From assembly GCF_000315625.1 (NCBI RefSeq), contig NW_005434633.1, positions 90,616-128,218 of the forward strand: 37,603 bases of DNA. The letters run 5' to 3'. The notes under the pieces are model-generated. The model was given only the letters and a program-made list of their open reading frames with translations, was not told where the DNA came from and did no database searches. This document shows, one piece after another, positions 1 through 10,313 of the stretch. The DNA is from Guillardia theta CCMP2712. Taxonomy: Eukaryota; Protista; Cryptophyta. Positions within the stretch are counted from its first letter, which is position 1. The number at the start of each line of letters is the position of its first letter. The position numbers and the translations under genes are program-made.

Positions 1-77
1 TCCGTCCGTCCTCCTCCTCCTCCTCCTCCTCCTCCTCCTCCTCCTCCCTCCCTCCCTCCCTCCCTCCCTCCCTCCCT
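1..77. repeat. (CCT)n/(CCCT)n pyrimidine microsatellite, probably intronic
   Basis: Pure tcc/tccc tandem run at window start. Confidence 0.95.
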
Positions 78-241
78 CATCTCATTCTGCTGATCTGTAA
101 ACGTCTTCCTTCTTGAATGACCTGAGATGTTGCAGCCAGCGAAGCCCGAGAGCGAAGTTCCGCCCACAGGGGAGGAATCGGAAACAAGTGATCTCTTGAC
201 ATGTCTCGTAAACTTGTTGCAGTAAAATAAAACTTTCGCAG

Positions 242-2338
242 GTGACGTGCAGAAAGATGCTCCGACGAGCTCGACCAAACCTTCATGGCTGAGTAAGAGG
301 TCCTCGACGACTCTGGAGGAGCAGAAACGGCTGGCGCGGGAGAGGGGGAGGCAGAGGGCTCTACTGCGGCAGTTGAGCATGAAAGAGCAAGAGAAGCAAG
401 AGTTTGGGAAACAAGAAGCTGACAAGGGAAGTCACTTGCCCGAGGTCTTGAAGCCTCCACATGCTGCAGCTGAGGGAGAGGACAGGGGTAAGGAGTCTTG
501 CTCCTTGCCTGAGGCGCAACAGAGCCAAGGGAAGGAGGAGGCAAACTCTGTTGGAGATGCTCGTCCCCACTCGTCTCCTCCTCCTCCTCCTGCTCTTCAC
601 TCCTCCTCTTCCATCTCAGCCCCGCACAAGGTGGAGGACGGTGAGCTACGTCTATCCGATCTCTCCCCTCCGTCCTCGGTCGACAGGCCTCTGGCAGGAT
701 TCCAGCTGCAGTCTGCGAGCCGAGCTGCCTCCTTTGCTGAGCAGAAGAGACTTGCGAGGGAGAGGGGGAGGAAGAAAGTGCTTGAAAGGCAGCAGGCTCA
801 GAAGGAGGAGGAAGAGAAGAAGGGGGAAGGGGAGTCGAAACCGACTGTCTCCTCTGACGTTCCGAAGGAGGTGAAGAGCGCATGGTCATCGCCAGAGGAA
901 GCTTCAAGGAAGGAGGAGAAGGAGGAGGTGGATGGGAGCTTGAGGAAGTTAGAAGGGTTCGAGGAGCAAAAAAGGCTGGCGCAGGAGAGAGGAAAGCAGA
1001 AGGCGTTGGAGCGAGAGGCACAGAGGAGGGAGCAAAGCAGGCTGGCAGCTGAGGCTCGAAAGGCCGAGGAGGAGCGGGCGAGAGAGCAGGAGGCGATCGA
1101 GCGGAAGAAGCAGGAGGCAGAGGCGAGGAGGAGGAAGGAAGAACAGGAAGCGAGGGCGAAGCTCGAGGCAGAGATCGCGGCGAGGATGCGAGCGGAGGAG
1201 GAGAAGAGAGAGAATGAGCGACAGCTACATCGGAAGAAGGGGATGGAACTGTGCGAGGACGCGAAGACTGCGGCTGAGAAGAAGCAGTTCGGCAACGCAA
1301 AGTCGCTGCTGTCAGCGGCGCAGGAGGAGCTGCGGAGGTCGGGGATGGAGGAGGACGAGGAGGAGGTGATCACGCGGGGTCTGCGACAATTCATCGAGAG
1401 GAAACAGGAAGAGCACCTGCAGGTCCTGCGGGAGGAGGAGGAGAGGCTTCTGCGGCAAAAGGAGGAGAGGATGAGGGAGCTGGAGGAGGAGGCGAGGCGT
1501 GCCAATGAGAGAGCGATCGAGGAGGCGAGAAAGAGGACAGAGCAGGCCTGGTTTCGAGCCGCGGAACAGGGAAAGCACCACAAGCTGGATGCCATGATAG
1601 AGGACGGAAGCATAGTCGACCCTGACCTCCGGGACGAACACTTCCGTACTGCTCTGCACGTAGCAAGCACGTGCGGGCAGAAGAAGGCAGTTAGGACGCT
1701 GTTGAGGAGAGGAGCGGAGATCGACAACAAGGATGCAGAGGGGAGGACGGCGCTGGTGCTTGCTGAGCTTCACCGGCATGAAGAGGTGGCGGATTACCTC
1801 CGAGAGAAGGGAGCAGACACCAGCATGCTGGAGGCGAGCAGGCGGCGGGAAGGAGGAGCAGCAGGAGCAGCCGGAATGGAGGCGACCTCGGATCCCCTGG
1901 AGAGGGTGAAGCAGCGATCTTGCAGCGGCAAGGTCAGGGGATGCGAAGGAGCTGCAGGAGCTGCTGGGCAAAGGGTGCATCCTGATGTTGAGGACGGGCA
2001 GGGTAACTCGGCGCTGCTGCTGTCGACCGTCTTCGGGCATGAGGAAGCAGTGGATGCTCTGATTCAGTCAGGGTGAGCGTCGTGGAGCAAGATCTTCCCT
2101 CCGATCCTCCTGCTCATGCTTCCTGTGATCTCCTCGTGTTCAATGCTCCTCTCCTCTCCTCTCCTCTCCTGTTAGAACATCTAGCTAACTCGACTACTCT
2201 CCTCCTCCTCCTCCTCCTCCTCCTCCTCCTCCTCCTCCTCCTCCTCCCCTCCTCCTCCTCCTCGCTCCTCCGTCCTCCTCCTCCTCCTCCTCCTCCTCCT
2301 CCTCCTCCTCCTACCTCCTCCTCCTCCTCCTCCTCCAC

Positions 2339-2435
<97 letters not shown>

Positions 2436-4262
2436 CATCCTCATCATCCCTACTGAGTGCATCTCTCTCACCCTTGTTTCCGCAGTTGCAACTTGAATCC
2501 TTCCAACTCTGCAGGCGAGACGCCGCTGACCCTTGCAAGAAGCTGCCATGCCCTTTCCCTTGTGCGCGGCAAGGAGGCAGAAAACTACAAGAACATCGCT
2601 GCCATTCTAGAGCAGAACGGGGCGTCTGAGAGTCCTTCCTACATGACCATACGCACCAGGAACCCAGCTTCCTCCTCCTCCACCGACCACCACCATCGCC
2701 CTCCCTCCGCCTCCTCCTCTGCTCAGAAACACTCCAAGAAGAGGCCGGGGACCGCGACGGTGATGAAGGCAGCTATGAACTTGTTCTCAGTGTTCGACAA
2801 GAGCAAGGCGAAGAAGGAGGTGCTGAAACTGGAGGAGGAAGTGAAGGACCTGGACAAGGCTCGAGCTAAGCTTTCGAAGGCTGAGAAGGTCTTTCGCAGA
2901 ATTCTCTCCTCTATCCGTTCCTATGCTCCTCCCGTCCGCTTCCTCTCCTCTCCCTCCTCCTCCTCTCTCTCCTCTCTCACCTCCTCCCCCCCCATCTTGC
3001 CTCCCTCCCATGCTCTCCTCCCCTCTCCCCCTCCCTCCCTCCTGCTTCCCCTCCTTGACGGCTCTGCAGAAAGCCAACGAGGCGGCTGAAAAAGCCTCCA
3101 AGGCTCATCAGGAGCTGCTGGCCCGCGCCGAGCGTTTTGCTCCTCAGATCGAGCGAGTGAAGGAAACGATGAGGGCGATGAGAAACTTCGACGACGCCAA
3201 GTCGCTGCTAGCGGAAGCTAAGGCTCTGGAGAGGGAGGGAGCGCTGTCGAAGGAGGCGCTAGAGGCGTTTGCATGGCCCAAGGAAGAGCTGATGCTGCTG
3301 CAGAGCATAGTTGACGTACAGGTGAGAGAGGAGGGGAGAGATGGACCCTAAAATGATGTCATGTCATGTCATGTCATGTCATGTCATGTCATGTGCTCGA
3401 CATGGTATGATGTCATGTCATACATGCTTGTCCCCTCTCTCTCCTGCGCCTCCTGATTTTCCCTCGTGCAGAACGACTTGAACTCGTTGCTACGAGCCTG
3501 CCGCCACCTCGACGCCGAAGATGATCCGCACAGCAGCAACCTGCGAAAGAATCTCAAGTTTGCCATCAAGGTGATGCCGAGCAGGCGAAGTTTCGCTACT
3601 GAGATCTCCTCGTCTACCCTTTCCCCTCCTTCCGTCCTTCTCCTCCTCGATACTCCACCCTCTCCACCCTCCTCCTACCCTCCTTCCTTTTCCTCCCGCT
3701 TCTTCCTCCCACTCCTTCCTCCTCTTCCTCTTTCTCTTCCTTGCCAGACACTCTCCCCCTCCTCCTCCTCCTCCTCTCTTTCCACAGGAGCTCGTGGAAG
3801 TTCTGTTTCAGAAGACTCTCGAGGCAGAAGAGAAGCTCAGTGACACGTCACGCGGCAAGAAGGCCATCAAGAAGGACATCCAAGTCGCCTATGATCTGCT
3901 GGACAAGGCGCTCGATCTCCTCTGCTGCTTCATCTCCCTCATCTCATCTTGCCCCGTCGTTCCCCTTCCCCACATACTGTCCTCTCAACTCTCTTGCCCT
4001 CTCCTGTCCTGCTCTTCCCTTGTCCGCTACTCCTCCTACTTATCCTCCTCTACTTGTCCTCCTCCTTCTACCTCCGCTACCTGCTCATCTCTCCTCCTCC
4101 ACTTCTCCTCACTATCCTTCAGGAAAGTCTCTCCCTCAACATCGTTTCTCCATCATACGAGGAGTGCCAGGTGATCTCCGATCTTCTCCTTCCCCTCTGA
4201 CAAGTGCATGGCAGAGGAGGCTCAAACTTCTAGAAACCCAGTACGCGCATATTCTCTTCTAG
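242..4262 (+). CDS. Ankyrin-repeat protein with long charged coiled-coil region; multi-exon, 5' end probably upstream of 242 or outside the window
   Basis: Ankyrin consensus in ORF 247-2076 (RTALHVASTCGQKKAVRTLLRRGAEIDNKDAEGRTALVLA; GNSALLLSTVFGHEEAVDALIQSG) continuing after an intron (CNLNPSNSAGETPLTLA). Inferred exons ~242-2072, 2486-2889, 3070-3321, 3472-3570, 3789-3907, 4123-4170, 4215-4262 (ends ...YAHILF*). Confidence 0.8.
2198..2448. repeat. Compound intronic microsatellite (CCT)n followed by (CAT)n
   Basis: Directly visible tandem runs inside the 2073-2485 intron. Confidence 0.95.
3356..3393. repeat. (ATGTC)n pentanucleotide repeat, intronic
   Basis: About 7 tandem atgtc units, with degenerate copies to ~3425. 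Confidence 0.9.
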
Positions 4263-4322
4263 TCACAATGACATGTTGTATCATGATGAATGAATGTATA
4301 TTGTTCTTACCAGACCGTCTCG

Positions 4323-7300
4323 CTATCTCAAGCTCCACAGCATCACTAACAATGCCAGCAGTGCAGCGCACCCAGTCATCTCTCGTTGAGCAGCGCTAGT
4401 CTGGGAGCCGGCAGGCGTTGTCGCTATCGAGGTACCTTCACATGTCTCTCAGGTCAAGCACGTCAAACGACCAACAAGTCAAACTCACCGCTGACGTTGC
4501 AGATGTCAACATTGCAGTACTGACCCGTGTAGCAGGACTTACACTGACACAGCGCTTGACCTCCCAGCGTCTGGAAGTTGTACTGAGGTTCCTTGGGGAT
4601 ACACTGCATGCCGCAGTCTGGCCCCGTGTACCCGTTGGTGCACGTGCAAGTCCCGTCGTTCTCACAGTCGTAGAGCTCTGCGTCGCAGAACTGACAGGCC
4701 TGAGGGCAGTCGTTGGCAACGAGGGTACCCGGACATCCTGACTTGGTTGACGTCTCCGAAGTCTTCAACCCCACGCACGTGCCGTTGTTGTTCCACAGGC
4801 CCTGCCGAGCGAGCGAGTCGAGGTAGCTCTTACAGGTAGCTCGATCCCCGACTCGGTTCGACTTGTCGAAGGTCCCCCTGTTGCTGCACGGGCTCGCCGT
4901 CCCCCCGTTGCAGCGGATGTTGCAGTCCGGCCCTTTCCATCCCCTCCGGCAGTTGCAGAGACCGTCGTAGGTGAAGCCTGCTCCCACGCACTCCGTCGCC
5001 ACTACCGAGTGATGCAGCCCGGCGGCAACGAGCGACACAGGGCGCATTGCCTTGTTGTCCTTGGGCGGCAGCGTCTTGATGCTGTCTCCGAGCCCGTCCA
5101 AAGGGCTGACGTTGGGGGCCGGGAGCTCTGCGGCCTCGAAGTAGGGGACCTTGGTGGGAGCGTCGCTGAAGATATGATCGCCCTTTCCCAGCTCGCCGTA
5201 GTAGTTGGAACCCCACACCAGCAGCGTGCCGTCGCTCATGATCAGCAGGTTATGATCCTCCCTCGCCGTTACCTGGGTGGGCTTGGACACCATGGTGGAC
5301 CCCAAGAAGGGGAAGACGGAGGGCATGTAGGGGAGGAGGGGAATGGGCCTGTCGCTGTTGAGCCGGATGGGGAGAGGAGAGTCTGGGCACATGCGTTGGC
5401 TGGGGCTGTTGACGTTCTCACCTCCCGAGCAGTTGGTCCCCAGCTGACCCCTCACGTTGCTGCCCCACGTGTAGATCTCGCCATCCCTCGCGATGCAAGG
5501 GGTCGTTGAGAGGATGTCGGCGGACGCTCCCAGCATCGTGTTGCGACTCCTCGCCCCTCCGTCGCAGTCACAGTCAGCGCGAGAGAGCTTGAGCGTGCTG
5601 CAGAGCGAGGGCATTGGGCAGCTGGCGCAGGAGGCCGTGATGAGGACGTTGTGGAAGGAGCCAGAGACGAGGTCGAGGGGGCTGAACACCATCCCAGAAT
5701 CCCCTAGGGGATCAAACATGCTCAACTTCCGGGGGATGGACATGCAGCGCACGTTGGAGCCCGAGCAGGGGTCGTTAAGAACAGCAGCTTGTGGCCAGTT
5801 GCCCCGAGTCCCGGGCCCCTGCAGCGTCCAGGGGCACTTGACGTCTCCTGAGATGACGAGGCAGCCCAGCTGACCGAAGGAGTTGTCGCCCCACCCCCAC
5901 ACCTCGTGCGCCCCTGCGTCTCTCTGCACCACCACCAGCGAGTGATAGGCGCCAGCCGAGACCTTGACGGGCTTGAAGGTGCAGGGCAAGACTGCCGGCA
6001 GGGCGGCGCAGTTGGGGTCGATCTTACCACAGATGCATGGGTCCCCGTTCTGCGCCGAGGTGACGGCGCTCTGGAGGAAGCGAACCCTGGTGGGGGTCGT
6101 CCTAATCGAGAGATCGCCCTGCCCGAGCTGTCCCAGGTTGTTCGCCCCCCACGTGTACACGTCCCCTGACGTGGTGACGGCGATGCTGTGGTAGGCCCCC
6201 GCGTCAAAGTCGAGGATGACAACTCCGTCGAGGGACGTGATAAGGTTAGGAAGATCCTTGTTGACTGCGTCCCCCAGTCCCAGCTGGCTGTAGAGGTTGA
6301 ACCCGAACGTGTCCACCCCCCCGCTCTGACCGAAGTTCTGGAAGTTCCAACTCAGCACCTCGTGTACGCTGTATGCATCTCCCGTGGAGGAGGTGAAACC
6401 GATCCACGCTTTCCCGTCCTTGACGCACGAGTAGGCGAGGCAGGTGACTGTGTCCACGGCTCCTCCACAGACTGCCCCGCCGTCGCACTTGCATGCAGCT
6501 CCTTGCTTCGGGCCAGCGCTGCAGACGTAGGAGGAGATGTGAGATCGGAGGTCCAGGTCGTGTCTTATCTTGGGGCTCCTCGTGTCGTCCAGGAAGATTT
6601 CGATCACAAACGGGCGGTAGACGATGAGCAGCTGATGCATTGCCCCGTCCTTCACGTCCTCCATCTAATCCCACACGTCATGACTCGACCTCTGCCAGCA
6701 CACAACTTACAAAGCACGAGTTGACCGTTTGCAGCTGCGCGTCGGAGCAGCAAGTCTCAGGACGGTACACGTTGCAGGTGGATCGAGGCTTCCACTCGCC
6801 TGGAAGCTCATGACTTGTACTGGCACATCACACAGAAGCAAGGAGCTCACTCTGAACCAAGAAGCAGTTCTGTTGAGAGCCAGCAGTGATGGTCGTGTAG
6901 GGCGCGCCGTAACAACCTCGGACGTTGATCCCTCCCTTACCAGGCGCCGTCGAGATTTCAATACCAAAGGAGTTTGGGATTCCATCCGAAAGCGAAGTCT
7001 TGGTAGACCTCGCTATCCCAAGATCGCTGTCGAGGAAAGGCAAGACATCAGCGGACAGGCATGTCCTCCTTCCCTTGTCACCTTCCGGATCCTCCCAGCG
7101 GTCTCTCTTGCTCTTGTATGCCATGGTTCTGAATGGCAAACACTATCCCGTTGCCGCCCCCTGTCGGGTCGTTCTTGGAGATCGAGAAGAAGAACCCGCA
7201 CTGCCAAGCATCGTACACGTTGACCTTTTGCTGTTCCCACGTCAGGACAGACTGCCGGCGCTCAGCACTGGCTAGGAACCTTTCGCCATATCGCTCCGCT

Positions 7301-8636
7301 GGTTAGCCTAAGAGGAGGGTTTGGGGTAATGCTGAACAAGGCGAGGTCGCTGCATGGCGAAATCCACCAGTTGATGCCGATAGGAGCCTTCAGGGCGCTC
7401 GAGCAAGGCTGCCACGTCACAGTCAAGCAACAGGCTCGACCAGCTTCTGACAAGCACCTGAGCAGCAAACTGTCCGATCCAGCACCAGGTGTTGACAAGC
7501 TTGATGCCGTTGGCGGCAGCCCAGCTGGGGCTGTAGCACTGCCTTCCGCTGTAGGTCTGCTTGACGCCTGCAGGCACCGGCGTGCCTTCCCATGGGACGC
7601 ATCTGGGACAATCAGTCGCAGGGGCTATCGGCTGCGAAGCTTGTCCGTAGAAAACAAAGTCGTTCTGCGCGCCAGCAAACCCATCGTACTCGAAGAAGTC
7701 GACTGCCAGAACAGCGAGTAAGAGAGAAACTGCAAGCTCTGCCTCACCTGCCGAAGGAGGAGTCGTCAACACCGTGTGCTGGAAGCCCATCGCCAACTCA
7801 ACGATTGAGATCGGCTGAACCTCGTTCGGAAGAGTGTCGTTGTAATGCGCTCCCTGCGTCAGCAAGCCCGTCAAGCACACGCGTCGCTAGCACCTTTGAC
7901 GCGCGTCACCTGACCCAGCTGACCGTGATCGTCTCTCCCCCATGAGTAGAGGGTGTTTGGACCCTCCCACTGCAAGATGCAGGACTGAGCTCCACCTGCT
8001 CTTTCAGTCACCAACTGCCTCACCAGACTCTCCCGCATGTCACATCGAAGTTTGCTTATTCGCGCGTACACGGTTGACAAGGGCGTTGGCTCCTTCCTGT
8101 CGACATAATCTCCCACTCCTAGCTGAGCATAATTGTTGCGACCGAACGCCTGGGACAGAACTCAACAGCAGCTACATGGCGCACCGACAACTCACGTATG
8201 TGACCATCCCGTACTTGCAGAACTGATCGGGTACGCAATGTTGCGACGGAATCCTTGAAAGGAAGAGGTTGATAAGGTCAGCCAGCAGGAAGTTAGCTGA
8301 CCTCTTGGTCCCGTTGTCGTAGGTGACAGCAGACCACTCCTGCGAGGCCGGCGGAGGAGCTCCTTTGAGACTCGCTGAGTGGGGTAGGAGAGCAAGGAGG
8401 AGGGGTGGTACCAGTGAAACCGATCGGAACAGCATCGCACAGGTATGTGATGGGCGGCCTGCGGCAATGTTCATCTCCTCACTTTTCTCATGGCGTAAAG
8501 ACCTGCCGCAGACAGAGTTGGGGATCTTGAACCGTACCATGGCTGCTTCCTCCAGGTACAGAAGGCATACCAAGGCCACTTGGACCCAGCGTCGCTGCCC
8601 GCCAAGGCTTCCAGAGCAGGAAGCCATTGCGGGCAT
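4323..8636 (-). CDS. Secreted/cell-surface protein: signal peptide, 7 RCC1-like repeats interrupted by an L-type (legume) lectin-like domain, EGF-like repeats, GPI-anchor-like C-terminus
   Basis: N-terminal hydrophobic stretch (WVQVALVCLLYL); RCC1 motifs (AFGRNNYAQLG, YSWGRDDHGQLG, YTWGANNLGQLG, WGWGDNSFGQLG, YTWGSNVRGQLG, VWGSNYYGELG; AGAYHS); lectin-like motifs (FFEYDGF, FGIEIST, AWIGFTSSTGDAYSVHEVLSWNF); EGF-like CxCxxGxxGxxC; last exon after intron ~4437-4489 reads ...SQTSAAQREMTGCAALLALLVMLWSLR* (stop 4323-4325). Confidence 0.8.
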
Positions 8637-9374
8637 CAACTTTGAGCAGCAGCAAGACTACAGGAGACAAGAGATCAAGTTCATCCTGCAACTACATGCA
8701 GGCTGATGCCAGGGAGCGACCTGTCTGTCATGTCATGCCGTTTGCAATCAGAAGGTCCTCAGAGCTTCAAACTCGATGGAAATCGTGTCCTTGCACACTG
8801 TGACAACCAAGAATGAGCACAACATAGTTTTTTGATGATCGTCATCGTCATTGTTTCCACCACCTACTAATTTCATCAAAAATTCCATGCGAACCTATGA
8901 GGCCCGAAAAAGACACTTCCATCACTGTTCTGCTCTTTCTTCTTCTCACCTGCAAAGATTTTCTCTTCGCATGCATCATCTTCTCTCATCTCACTCCTCT
9001 CTTCTCCTCCTCCCAGCTCTCATCGTCTCCTCCCTCTCTTCCTCCTCCTCCTCTCAGCACTGGTCTCTACTCTCCGCCCTGGTCGTTGCCTCATCCTGCT
9101 CTACCCCAGGCTGGGACTGTACCCCCCTTCTTTACTGCAAACTGACCCCTCTTCCCCCTTTCATGAAACTGAGGGGGGCTCGAGAACTGTCCAGGAATCT
9201 CACCGATGCCGCACGGTCAGAACAAACTCACTGAGTCACCATTGGCTATCAAGTGCCGATCGGACCCGGCCGCTCACGGTCGGACTGACGGTCCGGGCCC
9301 GGCCATCATCGGCGAACTTGTTTTCCCCTTGAGTCCGGCGTATGCCAGGCCCGGGCCGCGGGCACCGGCGGGAG

Positions 9375-9416
9375 TCTCCTGATTGTCCTCGTACTGATTT
9401 TTAACTTAACTTTGAG
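9375..9416 (+). repeat. Copy 1 of a 42-nt direct repeat TCTCCTGATTGTCCTCGTACTGAT(T/C)TTTAACTTAACTTTGAG
   Basis: 41/42 identical to 9761-9802. Confidence 0.95.
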
Positions 9417-9760
9417 CCTAAAGGACGGAGGATTCAGTGGTCTCTTGGCCTCGCAAGACGTCTCAGGTGATCCGACTTGCAAACGCATCCGGTCCAGGAT
9501 CTTTCGTCAGCTCAAGGCCTCCCTGTCCTACGCTGCCATCATCGCCCGGGGTGCATCCCGGTATGCGTCTCATTCCTTCGGCGGCGGCCACTGCGACATC
9601 GCTGGCATGGCTGCGCGGGGGGATTGTCCAGCGCGCCGTTAAGTGAAGGTATCAGTTAAGTTTGGGGGCAGCAGTTGGCAGGATTGGGTTTGGTTCTCGC
9701 TGTCTTTTCTCTTCTCGCCGTTTGGCCTGTGCGACAGTGTCAGGGTCAAGCCTCCTCGAC
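9417..9760 (+). mobile_element. Possible 5'-truncated retroelement or retrocopy fragment between the 42-nt direct repeats
   Basis: 344 bp bracketed by near-identical direct repeats; carries an ORF remnant without ATG (to stop 9642; ...IFRQLKASLSYAAIIARGASRYA...) loosely resembling the C-terminus of CRE-like non-LTR ORFs; no poly(A) tail seen. Confidence 0.3.
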
Positions 9761-9802
9761 TCTCCTGATTGTCCTCGTACTGATCTTTAACTTAACTTTG
9801 AG
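9761..9802 (+). repeat. Copy 2 of the 42-nt direct repeat (spliced-leader-like, followed by TAAAAC)
   Basis: 41/42 identical to 9375-9416. Confidence 0.95.
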
Positions 9803-10313
9803 TAAAACTTGCAGTCAGTCAGTGACGACTCGGCGTCCGACCGTAACCAGTAACGGTCGCCCGGGAGCCGCTGGGTCTCAGTGAGTTGAGAAGCCGGCCG
9901 GGTCCCCGGCCCGGGCCGCCGAGCCTGTTAACTGAAAGGGGGTGGAGGGGGGGGGAGGGTTATTAAGGTACCGGTGTGATAGAGCCTTGTATCGCTACGA
10001 AGTACCGGGTGTACGAGGACACAACTGAATTGTGTGTTGTACGGGTTGTGCAATGGTTGCGGTTATTCCACAAAATGGTGGGCTGCAGGAGTTGGGAAGG
10101 TGGAGATGGAGATGGAGATGTTGATTGAAGAGTTGACATGATCCACATGAGGATCAGAATTGACATGAGGAACAGGACGTAGAAAGTGAAGTAGAGTGAT
10201 TGGGGAGAGAAATTTATGGTTTAATGACTGGGGAGAGACATTTATTGTTGATTAGCAAGGGGATACCGCCAATTACGTATGGCTTTTGTGACGGCGTGAT
10301 TGACATCAGGAAG

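Noticed and set aside
77-2040. Long minus-strand ORFs (77-1300, 798-1730, 1312-2040)
   Set aside because: Ser/Pro/Leu-rich antisense shadows of the GAG/AAG-rich ankyrin exon
2073-2549. ORFs with poly-H, poly-M, poly-D and poly-L tracts
   Set aside because: Translations of intronic (CCT)n/(CAT)n microsatellites
9375-9802. CRISPR-like interpretation of the 42-nt repeats
   Set aside because: Only two copies, 344-bp spacing, eukaryotic context and no cas genes
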